Below, one piece after another: positions 1 to 9,397 of a DNA stretch of 32,000 nt. Location: contig JBBABY010000006.1 in NCBI GenBank assembly GCA_041657425.1, forward strand, positions 1 through 32,000. The letters are read 5' to 3'. How positions within the stretch are numbered: the first letter of the stretch is position 1; each line of letters starts with the position of its first letter. Position numbers and translations under genes: made by a program. The notes beneath the pieces are model-generated. The model did not search any database, had not been told where the DNA came from, and was given only the letters and a program-made list of their open reading frames with translations. This DNA comes from an archaeon (GTDB taxonomy: Archaea > Iainarchaeota > Iainarchaeia > Iainarchaeales > CSSED10-239).

Positions 1-2378
1 GTCCAATCACTTGGATTAAAGAAATCTATATCTTTTCCTAAGACGTAATCTCCTTCTAAATTTTTTGCGATGGTTTCTAAATCTTCAACTACACAGATAA
101 CATATGGGTTTCCTCCCGACACACAATCTTCTGCGAGTTCCGTAACATAAATGATTATAGAATCTGTTGCAGTATATGCGGGGTGTTTATTATCTAAAAC
201 TGTCAATGTAATTGTGTGCTTTCCTACAGATAAATTCGTTGTTGAAAAACTACATTCTTTACTTATTTCTTCATAAATATTTGAACTCCAATTACAAGAA
301 TAATCTCCACTACCATTAGTTATTAAAGAAGTAAAATTAATATCTTCCTCTAAATAAAATATTGCTTCTTCTGCAGGAGATGTGACGCTTGCATTTAAAG
401 ATCCATAACCAAGTTCATTATACATTTTTAAACTAAGTTTTACTCTCTCTTCTAGACCATTATCACTAAGGTAAGCAGTAGTGTTTGTATATTGTGGGTT
501 ACTTCCCGTACTACAATTAAGATCAGTTGTTTTATTTTTTAAATTTAAATAATAATATTCACAATTAAGATTATCAAATTTATCTTGAGGAACAATTTGT
601 TCTTTTGTTTTAGTTACTGAAATTTTTGGATAATCTAATACTGTGTCTTCCAAATCTGTAAATCTAAATCTAACTTTAATTGATGCGTTATTCTCGCAAT
701 TGCTTATATTAATAATTCTATTACTAAAATTAATATCGCAATTTGAATTAAATAAATTTTCATCAAATATATTAAATATTATGGTTTCATTAATATCTAG
801 AATATCTGAAACAAAATTATAAAAATAAAATTGATTTGTTGTATCTGTAATTATATTATTCTCTATTTGTGCAGTTAATTGTTCTGGAATCATCGATTCT
901 GCAGAAATTAATTCATAACTAACATTATCAATTGTCTGAGAGGAGAAATAAACATAAATATTAAATTTGGCATTTGCATCAATTGCGGGGAGTTTAATTA
1001 TAAATTCGCCAATTCCAGAAGAATAATTTAAATTGTAATCTAAACTTTGGCAAGAATTTTCATAATCACAATAAAAAACCTCTGTAGTTCCATCTTCCCC
1101 TGTAGTCGTAGTTTCTAAAAATGCTTTAGAAAAATCAACATCAAATGAAACATTAGAGTCTGCGGAGATTTCGGTAGTAGATTTGAAAGTCAATGGGATT
1201 CTATAATCTAAGTAATCATCTATTTCAAATTCAGGATGTTGTAATGTTCCGTTTAGATATGCTGTCCCAAAATTATTTAAAGAATCATCTATTGTAATAT
1301 TTAAATCTTCAGAAACATTTACTTTAAACCAAAATTCTTTTGTTTGTGGGAAAAACAGTAATTTGTTTTCTTGAGTTCCATCTTTGACTAAAACAATTCC
1401 ATTAGTATCTGGAACTACAAGGTTTTCAGTGAAGTTAAAATCTAATGTGCTTCTGATGTTTCCGTCTTTTAAAATATTAATTGTTGCTAAATTGTCTGCA
1501 ATATTTCCATCAATATATTTTCCCATAATTGTTGAACTTGAATTTTCTGAAATTAGATTATCAGTTAAAAATATATAAAAATCATCTATGTATGTAATTA
1601 TATCGGTTGTAGAAATAATAATTTTAGTTTCTGGGATTGTTAAAGTAGTTGACTGTGCTGTTGTAGTTTTAGTTTTACAAAATGCAATTCCCTCATTAGT
1701 ATATCCAAAATAAATCTGTGCCCAATCAGTAGTTCTTATTTCTGTTTCGTTGTCAATTAAAGTGGTTGCTCCATCAATAGTGGAATATAAGTTTAAATCT
1801 TGATTACTAAATTCACAATAATAGTTATTATTAATGTCTGTATAACTTAAATAAATGGTAATAAAATCAGAATTAGTAGATAACAGTCCCGTATAATCAG
1901 AGTATGTGTTAATGGTATTAAGATCCGTCTGTGTAGTGATTTCTAATATTCCACTTTTTATTTCTGGATTTTCAGAAGTAACAAAAGTATCTAAATAATT
2001 AAAATCATCAAAGTTTTCTTCAAGAATAAGTGTTCCAAGTCCAGAACTGGAATCAATTGTTGTTTCATAATTATAGAATTTATCTTTGTCAGAGACAGTT
2101 CCAAATGAAATATTATTATCAGAATCAATTACAAAACTATTTTGGGCTCTTCCTTTACTAATGTTATTTATTTGATAAGGATATATTTCTCCATCTGGAT
2201 TATCTATAGAAACATTGTAAACAGAAATAACTTCAGAAACAGATTGAAATAATCCGCCATTTAAAAGTGCCTCATTTGTATTGTCTTTAATAGGTATAAG
2301 ATTAGAAATAGTTACAAGTACAAGTGTTATAACAATTAAAAAAACAACACTTGAAATAATCCAATCTATATAATCCAT
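1..2378 (-). CDS. Large secreted/surface protein with N-terminal membrane anchor; partial, 3' end runs off the window (at least 792 aa visible)
   Basis: Manual reverse-complement translation from the ATG at 2378-2376 (MDYIDWIISSVVFLIVITLVLVTISNL...) stays open to position 1. It is absent from the ORF track, presumably because no stop lies in the window. A hydrophobic N-terminal helix is followed by Asn/Thr/Ser/Ile-rich beta-type sequence with scattered Cys. The start is 3 nt after the stop of the upstream gene. Confidence 0.6.
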   Translation of the reverse strand, partial: MDYIDWIISSVVFLIVITLVLVTISNLIPIKDNTNEALLNGGLFQSVSEVISVYNVSIDNPDGEIYPYQINNISKGRAQNSFVIDSDNNISFGTVSDKDKFYNYETTIDSSSGLGTLILEENFDDFNYLDTFVTSENPEIKSGILEITTQTDLNTINTYSDYTGLLSTNSDFITIYLSYTDINNNYYCEFSNQDLNLYSTIDGATTLIDNETEIRTTDWAQIYFGYTNEGIAFCKTKTTTAQSTTLTIPETKIIISTTDIITYIDDFYIFLTDNLISENSSSTIMGKYIDGNIADNLATINILKDGNIRSTLDFNFTENLVVPDTNGIVLVKDGTQENKLLFFPQTKEFWFKVNVSEDLNITIDDSLNNFGTAYLNGTLQHPEFEIDDYLDYRIPLTFKSTTEISADSNVSFDVDFSKAFLETTTTGEDGTTEVFYCDYENSCQSLDYNLNYSSGIGEFIIKLPAIDANAKFNIYVYFSSQTIDNVSYELISAESMIPEQLTAQIENNIITDTTNQFYFYNFVSDILDINETIIFNIFDENLFNSNCDINFSNRIINISNCENNASIKVRFRFTDLEDTVLDYPKISVTKTKEQIVPQDKFDNLNCEYYYLNLKNKTTDLNCSTGSNPQYTNTTAYLSDNGLEERVKLSLKMYNELGYGSLNASVTSPAEEAIFYLEEDINFTSLITNGSGDYSCNWSSNIYEEISKECSFSTTNLSVGKHTITLTVLDNKHPAYTATDSIIIYVTELAEDCVSGGNPYVICVVEDLETIAKNLEGDYVLGKDIDFFNPSDW

Positions 2379-2381
2379 AAT

Positions 2382-3878
2382 CTATTCTACATTTATTATT
2401 ATATTTCTTAAAACTGTAATTGTTTCTTCAGTAAATGGATGTGCATATTTAATCTTTAATGCGCAAATTTTGGTTCCAGTTACGCTAGTTAATCCTGTTA
2501 AATCAATTCCTTTAAGCTGAATAATTGCAGTTTGATTGTCTTTTGGTTGGATATTATAATTATTATAAATTGTAGGAATAATTATCCAATTATTGCAGTC
2601 TGTTGTTCCTGTAGAGTTCTCAATAGTAATATTATCTATATGAACAGGAACTAGGTTTTTATTATCTAATTTTAAATCGATAGTTTTAATAGTAGTATTT
2701 CCTAAATTCGCATCATAATTAATAGTTTCCGTTTGCTTACTTAGAGTAATAATAAAGTCATTATTTGGTTCTTTAATATTTATTGTAAAAGATATTTCTT
2801 TTGGTTCAGCAAACATTGGACTGTCTAAATATAGTTTGCCCACGATTTTTCCAGACTTTAAGTTATTTGGAATTTGAATAGTAATTGTGCCTTGTGTTTT
2901 ATCAGAAGGGTCAACGCTTAAATATTGAGAATTTAATTTAAATATTTGATTAGTGTCAAAAGAATAATTTGCATCGACTGTTGGGATATAATTTGCATCA
3001 ATAGATATTTTAAGATCCGAAAGATCGGTTTTATTTTTAGAATTATCAATTGTATAAGTTTTAGAAATCTCAGTGCCGCTTGTCATTTCAGTTGTACTTG
3101 AAATTGTCGAACTAAATGTAATTATTGGAGTTTCAGCTACTAAAAAATTAGTGTCTTTTTTATTATTAGTATATTCTACTCTTGCAATAATTTTTTGATT
3201 TTTTAAGTATTTTTTATCTGTTGGAATAGTAAAAGAAATAAACGTAGTTATGGTTTCTTGCGCAGTGATTCGTTTTCTTGCTCCAGATAATGGTTCATTA
3301 GATATATCTACAAAAGAATAAGTTTTATTTGCAAAATCTGGCCAACTGATAATATCTCCTTCAAAAATAAGGTTGTCTACATTATAATCTTGAGACCCAC
3401 TCACATTTTTTAATTGTAATTCACATTTAATAGTTTGCCCTAAATAAACAGTTGTTGGACAAGTAAATGTAGTAATATTTAATTTAATATCTTTTGTGAG
3501 AATGACGGAGATTTCTGGGTCTTCAAAATTAATTGACGTTGATTTTATCGGAGCATAATCTTTAGCAGTAATTTTATAAGTGTAGTTTTTAGATTTATTT
3601 AATTTAATCGTTTCATCTGAAGAAATAGTAGTTGTTTTGGTTTTTCCAACTTCTGTTATATTAATTTGTGCAATAACGTTTTTCTTTTCTGTATTTTTTA
3701 CAGTAAAGCTAATTTCAGTAGTATTAAAAAATAAGAAATAAATTAACCCTCCAATAACTGCTAGGACAATTACAATTATAATTATCTTTTTTATCATTTC
3801 CATTAAATTTGTATTGTCTTTCTTAACGGATTTATTTTCGTAGTTTCCTCCACCACCAAATGGATCAAAGTCAGGCAT
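2382..3878 (-). CDS. Membrane-anchored surface protein (Gly-rich N-terminal tail, one TM helix, about 440-aa Thr/Asn/Ile-rich ectodomain); function unknown
   Basis: 498-aa ORF. It has the TM segment KIIIIVIVLAVIGGLIYFLFF, then repetitive beta-rich sequence. It is tightly packed between the flanking minus-strand genes (gaps of 6 and 3 nt). Confidence 0.65.
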   Translation of the reverse strand: MPDFDPFGGGGNYENKSVKKDNTNLMEMIKKIIIIVIVLAVIGGLIYFLFFNTTEISFTVKNTEKKNVIAQINITEVGKTKTTTISSDETIKLNKSKNYTYKITAKDYAPIKSTSINFEDPEISVILTKDIKLNITTFTCPTTVYLGQTIKCELQLKNVSGSQDYNVDNLIFEGDIISWPDFANKTYSFVDISNEPLSGARKRITAQETITTFISFTIPTDKKYLKNQKIIARVEYTNNKKDTNFLVAETPIITFSSTISSTTEMTSGTEISKTYTIDNSKNKTDLSDLKISIDANYIPTVDANYSFDTNQIFKLNSQYLSVDPSDKTQGTITIQIPNNLKSGKIVGKLYLDSPMFAEPKEISFTINIKEPNNDFIITLSKQTETINYDANLGNTTIKTIDLKLDNKNLVPVHIDNITIENSTGTTDCNNWIIIPTIYNNYNIQPKDNQTAIIQLKGIDLTGLTSVTGTKICALKIKYAHPFTEETITVLRNIIINVE

Positions 3879-3884
3879 AGTTAA

Positions 3885-4715
3885 TCATTTTTTATTTTGA
3901 ATATAATATTTACTTGATAATAATTCTTTTTTTAGTTCTTTAATCAATTCAAGAGATGTTTGTTCTTTTAGTATGTTTTTTGCTTCAAGATGGTTGATGT
4001 CTTGCGTTAATGATTTAGAATCTCTTAAAAGATTTTCAAGTGTTCTTTCAATGTGAATGATGTGTAGTTTTAAAATAGTTAAATCCTGTTCAGAGGCTTT
4101 ATAACTTTTAAGTAATTCTTCTTCAAGTCCTGCAAGTCTTACATCTTTTGTTTTTTCTTTAGAATCAATCCAATTAAGTTCATCAATTCGTTTATTTAAT
4201 TCACTAATTTTCTCATCTTTTTTATCGAGGGTAATTAGCAATTCCTCAACTGATCTTTTTTGATTGGACAAATTTACATATTTGTGGTCAATCTGTTTTT
4301 TAGAGTTTTCCATAAATATAACTAAATTAGTTATTTCATTTTTAGTATATTGTTCTAATTCAAAATATACATCTGGAGTTGTTATCTCTCGTTTTATATT
4401 AACTAAATCATCATCAACTTCTGTTGTGTGTTCTTCAAGGAAAACAAGTTGTTGTATTTTACCAGATAACTCAATAAGTCTACTTTGGAATAATTTAATT
4501 CTTTCTGGTTCAATTTCTCTAGAAAATTGAATAACTGAATATCCTTGTAATTTACTTAGGTCTTTAGATAGTTCATCTAAGTTATTTTTTAAGATTCTTA
4601 AAAAAGAAGTTCTTTGTGTTTTACTAGTCTTATGTAACGGATAAACAAAAGAATCATAGATATTATTTGCTTTATATTTTATTGCACTTAATTCTTCAAT
4701 AATTTTTTCAGTCAT
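3885..4715 (-). CDS. Coiled-coil protein, function unknown (first gene of the surface-protein operon)
   Basis: 276-aa ORF rich in Glu/Lys/Leu heptad-like stretches (for example ISELNKRIDELNWIDSKEKTK and LENLLRDSKSLTQDINHLEAK). No recognisable catalytic motif. Confidence 0.6.
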   Translation of the reverse strand: MTEKIIEELSAIKYKANNIYDSFVYPLHKTSKTQRTSFLRILKNNLDELSKDLSKLQGYSVIQFSREIEPERIKLFQSRLIELSGKIQQLVFLEEHTTEVDDDLVNIKREITTPDVYFELEQYTKNEITNLVIFMENSKKQIDHKYVNLSNQKRSVEELLITLDKKDEKISELNKRIDELNWIDSKEKTKDVRLAGLEEELLKSYKASEQDLTILKLHIIHIERTLENLLRDSKSLTQDINHLEAKNILKEQTSLELIKELKKELLSSKYYIQNKK

Positions 4716-4815
4716 CTTTTTTCACGAAATAATTGTGTTTTTATCATAAATATAATATAACAATATATTTAATATTTATGCTTTTATATATTAATAGGTA
4801 AAGGGGGTAAAAATC

Positions 4816-5394
4816 ATGAAAACAATAGAAAATTTATGTAAGGCATTCATTGGAGAAAGCCAAGCAAGGAACAGATATACTTTTTATTCTAAAGTTGCAT
4901 TTAAGGAAAACTTGTTTCAAATTTCTGAAATATTTTTAGAAACTGCAGAGCAAGAAAGAGAACATGCAAAACAATTGTTTGTTCTAATAAGGGAATTAAA
5001 ACAAAAGAACAATATTACAGAAAATTTAGTTATTGAGGCAGAAGTTCCTATTGCATTTGGAAATACTGCAGATAACTTAAGGGCTGCAATTTCTGGAGAA
5101 AATCACGAATATACAAGTATGTATCCAGAGTTTGCAGATGTTGCAGAAAAAGAAGGCCTTTTAGAAATTGCAAAACAATTAAGAGCAATAGCAGTTGCTG
5201 AAAAACATCATGAAGAAAGATACCAAAAGTTATTGAAGCAATTAGACGAAAAAACATTATTAAAGAAAGAGATTGAGATTATTTGGATATGTAGTAAATG
5301 TGGATATATGCATAAAGGCAAGGAACCACCAAAGGCTTGTCCATCATGTGGCCATCCACCAGAGTATTTTAGAGTTCAAAATGAGAATTATTAA
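4816..5394 (+). CDS. rbr: Rubrerythrin (ferritin-like diiron domain plus C-terminal rubredoxin-like CxxC...CxxC)
   Basis: Contains [18 protein letters not shown] and EKHHEERY diiron-type motifs and the C-terminal CSKCGY...CPSCGH. The SD motif AAGGGGG lies upstream. Confidence 0.9.
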   Translation: MKTIENLCKAFIGESQARNRYTFYSKVAFKENLFQISEIFLETAEQEREHAKQLFVLIRELKQKNNITENLVIEAEVPIAFGNTADNLRAAISGENHEYTSMYPEFADVAEKEGLLEIAKQLRAIAVAEKHHEERYQKLLKQLDEKTLLKKEIEIIWICSKCGYMHKGKEPPKACPSCGHPPEYFRVQNENY

Positions 5395-5409
5395 AAGGAG
5401 GAAAATAAT

Positions 5410-5784
5410 ATGATAAAAGGAGATATATACAGATGCGCAATTTGTGGAAATGTTGTAGAAGTTGTAGATGTTGGTGGAGGCACACTTGTTTGTTGTAATC
5501 AAAATATGAATTTACATCATGAAAACACTGGAGATCAGTTAAAAGAAAAGCACGTGCCAATCATTGAGAAAACAGATAATTCAGTAGTTGTTAGTGTTGG
5601 TTCAATAAGACATCCAATGACCGAAGAGCATAACATTAAATGGATAGAAGTAAATATTGACGGTTCGGTCTATGTTAAGAAACTTAATCCAGGAGATGAG
5701 CCTGTTGCTGAATTTAAAGGAACAGGTTACAAGATAAGTGCAAGATGTTTATGTAATCAACACGGAGTTTGGAAATCACAATAG
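5410..5784 (+). CDS. dfx: Desulfoferrodoxin (2Fe superoxide reductase)
   Basis: N-terminal desulforedoxin motif CAICGNVVEV...LVCCNQNM. SOR domain with EKHVPII, HPMTEEHNIKWIEV and CNQHGVWKS. SD motif AAGGAGG. Confidence 0.9.
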   Translation: MIKGDIYRCAICGNVVEVVDVGGGTLVCCNQNMNLHHENTGDQLKEKHVPIIEKTDNSVVVSVGSIRHPMTEEHNIKWIEVNIDGSVYVKKLNPGDEPVAEFKGTGYKISARCLCNQHGVWKSQ

Positions 5785-5817
5785 ATTTCCTCAAGACTCA
5801 TTAAATATTGGGCAACT

Positions 5818-6444
5818 ATGAATTCATTAATTCAAAAAGTGATTGAATTAAAAAAATCTCCAGTAAGTAAAATTATTTTTAAAAAGATTAAGACGTTCAA
5901 GGGCTTTCAAAAGAAATCTTCTAATGATATTTTTAAAGAATTGTGTTTCTGTTTGATGACTGCAAATTTCAATGCAAAGCGAGCAGTAGAGATTCAAGAA
6001 AAAGTAGATAATGGTTTTTTAAATTTCTCAGAAGAAAAACTTGCAAAAATCTTAAAGCAATACGGCCACAGGTTTCCAAACAAAAGAGCTCATTTTATTG
6101 CTAAGGCTCAAGAACATAAAACTACAATTAAAGAAGAACTTTTCTCCATAAAGGACAAATATGAGAAAAGAGAATGGTTAGTAAAAAGCATTAAAGGATT
6201 AGGGTTTAAGGAATCAAGTCATTTTCTTAGAAATATTGGTTTTTTAGATTATGCAATAATCGATTTTCATATAGTTGATATTCTTGTTGATAATAAGATT
6301 ATCAAGAGACCAAAAACTTTAAACAAAGAAAACTATCTATTGGTAGAGCAAAAATTAGAAAAATTTTCTAAAAAAACAAATCTCTCTCTTGGAGAGCTTG
6401 ATTTTTATTTATGGTATTTAGAAACTGGAGTAATCTATAAATAA
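5818..6444 (+). CDS. ogg: N-glycosylase/DNA lyase, archaeal Ogg (type 2) 8-oxoguanine glycosylase, HhH-GPD fold
   Basis: LCFCLMTANFNA and GLGFKESSHFLRNIGFLDYAIIDFHI match the archaeal Ogg2 helix-hairpin-helix region. The 208-aa size is typical. Confidence 0.8.
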   Translation: MNSLIQKVIELKKSPVSKIIFKKIKTFKGFQKKSSNDIFKELCFCLMTANFNAKRAVEIQEKVDNGFLNFSEEKLAKILKQYGHRFPNKRAHFIAKAQEHKTTIKEELFSIKDKYEKREWLVKSIKGLGFKESSHFLRNIGFLDYAIIDFHIVDILVDNKIIKRPKTLNKENYLLVEQKLEKFSKKTNLSLGELDFYLWYLETGVIYK

Positions 6445-6446
6445 AA

Positions 6447-6528
6447 TGCAGGAGACAGGATTCGAACCTGCGAAGCACTAAGCACATGGTCCTAAGCCAT
6501 GCCCCTTTGGCCACTCGGGAACTCCTGC
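6447..6528 (-). tRNA. tRNA-Leu (anticodon UAG), long variable arm, no encoded CCA
   Basis: The reverse complement GCAGGAG..CATGG-CTTAGGA-CCATG..GCAGG-TTCGAAT-CCTGT-CTCCTGC-A folds as a cloverleaf. It forms a GC-rich island in AT-rich DNA. Confidence 0.85.
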
Positions 6529-6620
6529 AAAAATAGAAAAATCCATTTTTAAATATGTTTTTATTCTATTACTATATAATATATAATAACAAAATGTTTA
6601 TAATGCAATAGTGGTATTTA

Positions 6621-8135
6621 ATGGTTGAAACTAAATCAGGTAAATTCTTTGAGTTCTGTGGAACAAGAAATCTTTACTTTCCTTCTGCAGAAATCTATTC
6701 TAATAATTTTGCGGGTTTTTATGAGTACGGGCCAATTGGAAATTTAATTAGAATAAATCTAATTAACTTCTGGAGAGAAGAGTTTGTTAGAAAAAATGGT
6801 TTTCAAGAAATTTCTGGGTCAATAATCCTTCCAAAAGAAGTATTTGTTGCTTCAGGTCACTTAGGCAACTTTGATGACCCAATAGCTACTTGTGAAAAGT
6901 GTAAGCAAGTCTATCGTTTAGATAGATTAATCTCAGAAGTAACAAGTAAAGATGTTGCAGAAAATATGTCAATAGAAGAGTATCAACAACTAATCGATGA
7001 TAATAATATAGTTTGTTCAAAGTGTAAAAGTAAATTAATAGATATTAAAAGATTTAATTTAATGTCTAGTATTGTTGTTGGTGCACAATCTGGAAGTCTC
7101 GGATATTTAAGAGGAGAGTCTTGTCAATCAATTTTTTTAGATTTTACCAGAATCTACAAGACTGGAAGGCAAACATTACCAATAACAATTTCTCAACATG
7201 GAACAGTTTATAGAAATGAAATCTCTCCCAGAAATGGATTACTTAGATGTAGAGAGTTTGAACAATTAGAGAGTGAGATGTTTTTCGATCCAGATAAGAT
7301 TAATGAAACTCCAATTTCCCTAGACACAATTGCAAAATACAAAATAAGATTTAAATTATTAAAAGATAAAGAAGAGAAAGATTATCCAATAAGTAAAATT
7401 ACAGAAAAGAAAATAACAGTAGGCAATCTAATCACTTACTCTCTTTATATAACTCAAAAGTTTTTAGAAGAAATAGGCATCTCTCGCGAGAACATAAGAT
7501 TTAGAGAAGTTCCAGATAACGATAGAGCGTTCTATTCCAAGCAAACATTTGATTGTGAAATAAAAACAGAAAAAGAATGGATAGAATTATTTTGTGTTAA
7601 TTATAGAACAGACCATGATCTTCTAGGCCATGCTAAAGGTTCAAAGAAAGACTTATCTATTTCAGAAGACGGAAAAAGAATACAACCTCACGTCTTGGAA
7701 GTTTCTTCCATTGGTTTAGGAAGACTATTTTATGTTCTTCTTGAAAACAACTTTGAAACAAAAACAATAAACGGAGAAGAAAGAAATTTCTTACACCTTA
7801 AACCAAAGGTATCTCCTTATTTTGTTTCTATTTTGCCATTAATGAAAAAGGATGGCTTAGCAGAGAAAGCAACTGGGATTTATAATTCTCTTCTAAAGGA
7901 TCATTGTAAATACCAAGTATTTTATGACGAAACTGGATCCATTGGTAAAAGATATGCAAGACTAGACGAGATTGGTTGTAATTATTGTATAACAATTGAT
8001 CACGAGACTTTAGAGAAACAAACAGTAACAATAAGAGACAGAGACACTCAAGAGCAAAAGAGAATTCCAATTAAGTCTCTTTCAAAGACACTTGACAAGC
8101 TTTATTTTCAAGAAAAGAAATTTGGGAAGATATGA
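6621..8135 (+). CDS. glyS: Glycine--tRNA ligase (archaeal/eukaryotic-type class II GlyRS)
   Basis: FPSAEIYSNNFAGFYEYGPIGNLI, FRNEISPRNGLLRCREFEQLE (motif 2-like), and a C-terminal anticodon-binding region with GSIGKRYARLDEIG. Confidence 0.85.
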   Translation: MVETKSGKFFEFCGTRNLYFPSAEIYSNNFAGFYEYGPIGNLIRINLINFWREEFVRKNGFQEISGSIILPKEVFVASGHLGNFDDPIATCEKCKQVYRLDRLISEVTSKDVAENMSIEEYQQLIDDNNIVCSKCKSKLIDIKRFNLMSSIVVGAQSGSLGYLRGESCQSIFLDFTRIYKTGRQTLPITISQHGTVYRNEISPRNGLLRCREFEQLESEMFFDPDKINETPISLDTIAKYKIRFKLLKDKEEKDYPISKITEKKITVGNLITYSLYITQKFLEEIGISRENIRFREVPDNDRAFYSKQTFDCEIKTEKEWIELFCVNYRTDHDLLGHAKGSKKDLSISEDGKRIQPHVLEVSSIGLGRLFYVLLENNFETKTINGEERNFLHLKPKVSPYFVSILPLMKKDGLAEKATGIYNSLLKDHCKYQVFYDETGSIGKRYARLDEIGCNYCITIDHETLEKQTVTIRDRDTQEQKRIPIKSLSKTLDKLYFQEKKFGKI

Positions 8136-8776
8136 AAACAACAGTTCTTTTTGATATGGACGGAGTAATTTCTGATACTCAAGATATGCAAGCAGAGATA
8201 GAGTCTCAATTGTTAAAAAGATTTGGGATAAATATTCCTTCAAAAGAAATTACCAGGAGATATGCAGGAGTTAGAACAAGTGAGTTCTTTAAAGATCTTC
8301 TTGACAAGAAAAAAGTAGTTTATGATATTGATAAGTTAATGGAAGAAAAAAGAAAGAAAGTAATTACAAATATAAAAAAAGAACTAAAAGAAATTCCTGG
8401 TTCTGTTGAATTAATTAAAAAGTTATACAAAGACGGATACAAGTTGGCAGTCGCTTCAGCAACAAATAGATTACAAGTAGAAACTAATTTAAAAAAACTA
8501 AAAGTAAGAAAATATTTTTCAGTAGTTGTTACTGGAGACGATGTAAAACATGGAAAGCCAAATCCTGAAAGTTATCTTTTAGCTGCAAAAAAGCTTCATT
8601 CAAAGTCAAGTGAATGCATAGTGATTGAAGATGGAATAAATGGAATGCAAGCAGGAAAGAATGCAAAGATGTTTGTAATTGGTTTAGTTCCAAAAGGTTC
8701 AAAATTAAAATATCCTGCAGATCTTTTAGTTAATACGCACAAAGAAACAATGAAATTAGATTTAAGAAAATTATAA
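8132..8776 (+). CDS. HAD-superfamily hydrolase (beta-phosphoglucomutase-like phosphatase)
   Basis: HAD motifs LFDMDGVISDT, VASATN, KHGKPNPE and IEDGINGMQAG. Its start overlaps the glyS stop (ATGA). Confidence 0.8.
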   Translation: MKTTVLFDMDGVISDTQDMQAEIESQLLKRFGINIPSKEITRRYAGVRTSEFFKDLLDKKKVVYDIDKLMEEKRKKVITNIKKELKEIPGSVELIKKLYKDGYKLAVASATNRLQVETNLKKLKVRKYFSVVVTGDDVKHGKPNPESYLLAAKKLHSKSSECIVIEDGINGMQAGKNAKMFVIGLVPKGSKLKYPADLLVNTHKETMKLDLRKL

Positions 8777-8783
8777 AATAAAG

Positions 8784-8855
8784 GCCTCTGTAGCTCAATG
8801 GTAGAGCATTTGCTTCGTAAGCAAAAGGTTGTGGGTCCAATTCCCGTCAGGGGCT
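8784..8855 (+). tRNA. tRNA-Thr (anticodon CGU), no encoded CCA
   Basis: GCCTCTG-TA-GCTC-AATGGTA-GAGC-A-TTTGC-TTCGTAA-GCAAA-AGGTT-GTGGG-TCCAATT-CCCGT-CAGGGGC-T. Full cloverleaf with 7-bp acceptor stem. Confidence 0.85.
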
Positions 8856-8866
8856 TAAAAAATAAA

Positions 8867-9397
8867 ATGAAAATTATGCCATTAAAATATAGAGAAGAAA
8901 AAAAAATAAGGCTAAGACATATGAGCCATTTCAAAAAGCCAAATCATAAGATTGATTTGGATTTAAGGGATATAAATAAGAATCTAGATATTGAAAATAT
9001 AGAGATTAATAGACCAGTGGACCTAGAAAAAGTATTTCTAAACATAAAGCAGAAGTTTGCTCTTTTAGTTTCTCCATTTGTTTCGGGAGAATATAAAAGA
9101 GAGAAAAAAGATATGTTAATTTTTGATAAAACTGATAAAACAATAAAACTAAGATATCAATTAATGTCTTTGTCTGATCACATAGGGGAATTTATATTTC
9201 AATTAAGGATGTATGTAATAACACATTCAGATGATAAAGACAAGATTGAAGAAATAGAAAAAGAAATAAAAGAATGGGAGAAGATATTAAATCATGTTCT
9301 AAACGATTTAATAGACAAAGTAAACTTTGTAATACAAAATTATTTTGTCCCAATCTGTGAACGTTTAGAAAAAAATAATAAAAAGGTGAAAATATGA
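8867..9397 (+). CDS. Hypothetical protein (176 aa from the first ATG outside the tRNA)
   Basis: The track ORF 8798..9397 begins inside tRNA-Thr, so I trimmed it to the ATG at 8867. An alternative start is MSHFKK. The Lys/Glu-rich helical sequence has no recognised motif. Its stop overlaps the PPIase start. Confidence 0.5.
   Translation: MKIMPLKYREEKKIRLRHMSHFKKPNHKIDLDLRDINKNLDIENIEINRPVDLEKVFLNIKQKFALLVSPFVSGEYKREKKDMLIFDKTDKTIKLRYQLMSLSDHIGEFIFQLRMYVITHSDDKDKIEEIEKEIKEWEKILNHVLNDLIDKVNFVIQNYFVPICERLEKNNKKVKI

Noticed and set aside
6885-7045. Two CxxC pairs in GlyRS (CEKCK ... CSKCK), considered as a possible foreign insertion
   Set aside because: There are no intein-type boundary residues or endonuclease motifs. 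It looks like a small Zn-ribbon-type insertion within the catalytic domain rather than a mobile element.
8798-8866. N-terminal 23 codons of track ORF 8798..9397 (MVEHLLRKQKVVGPIPVRGLKNK)
   Set aside because: This stretch is the body of tRNA-Thr read as protein. The real start, if the gene is real, is at or after 8867.
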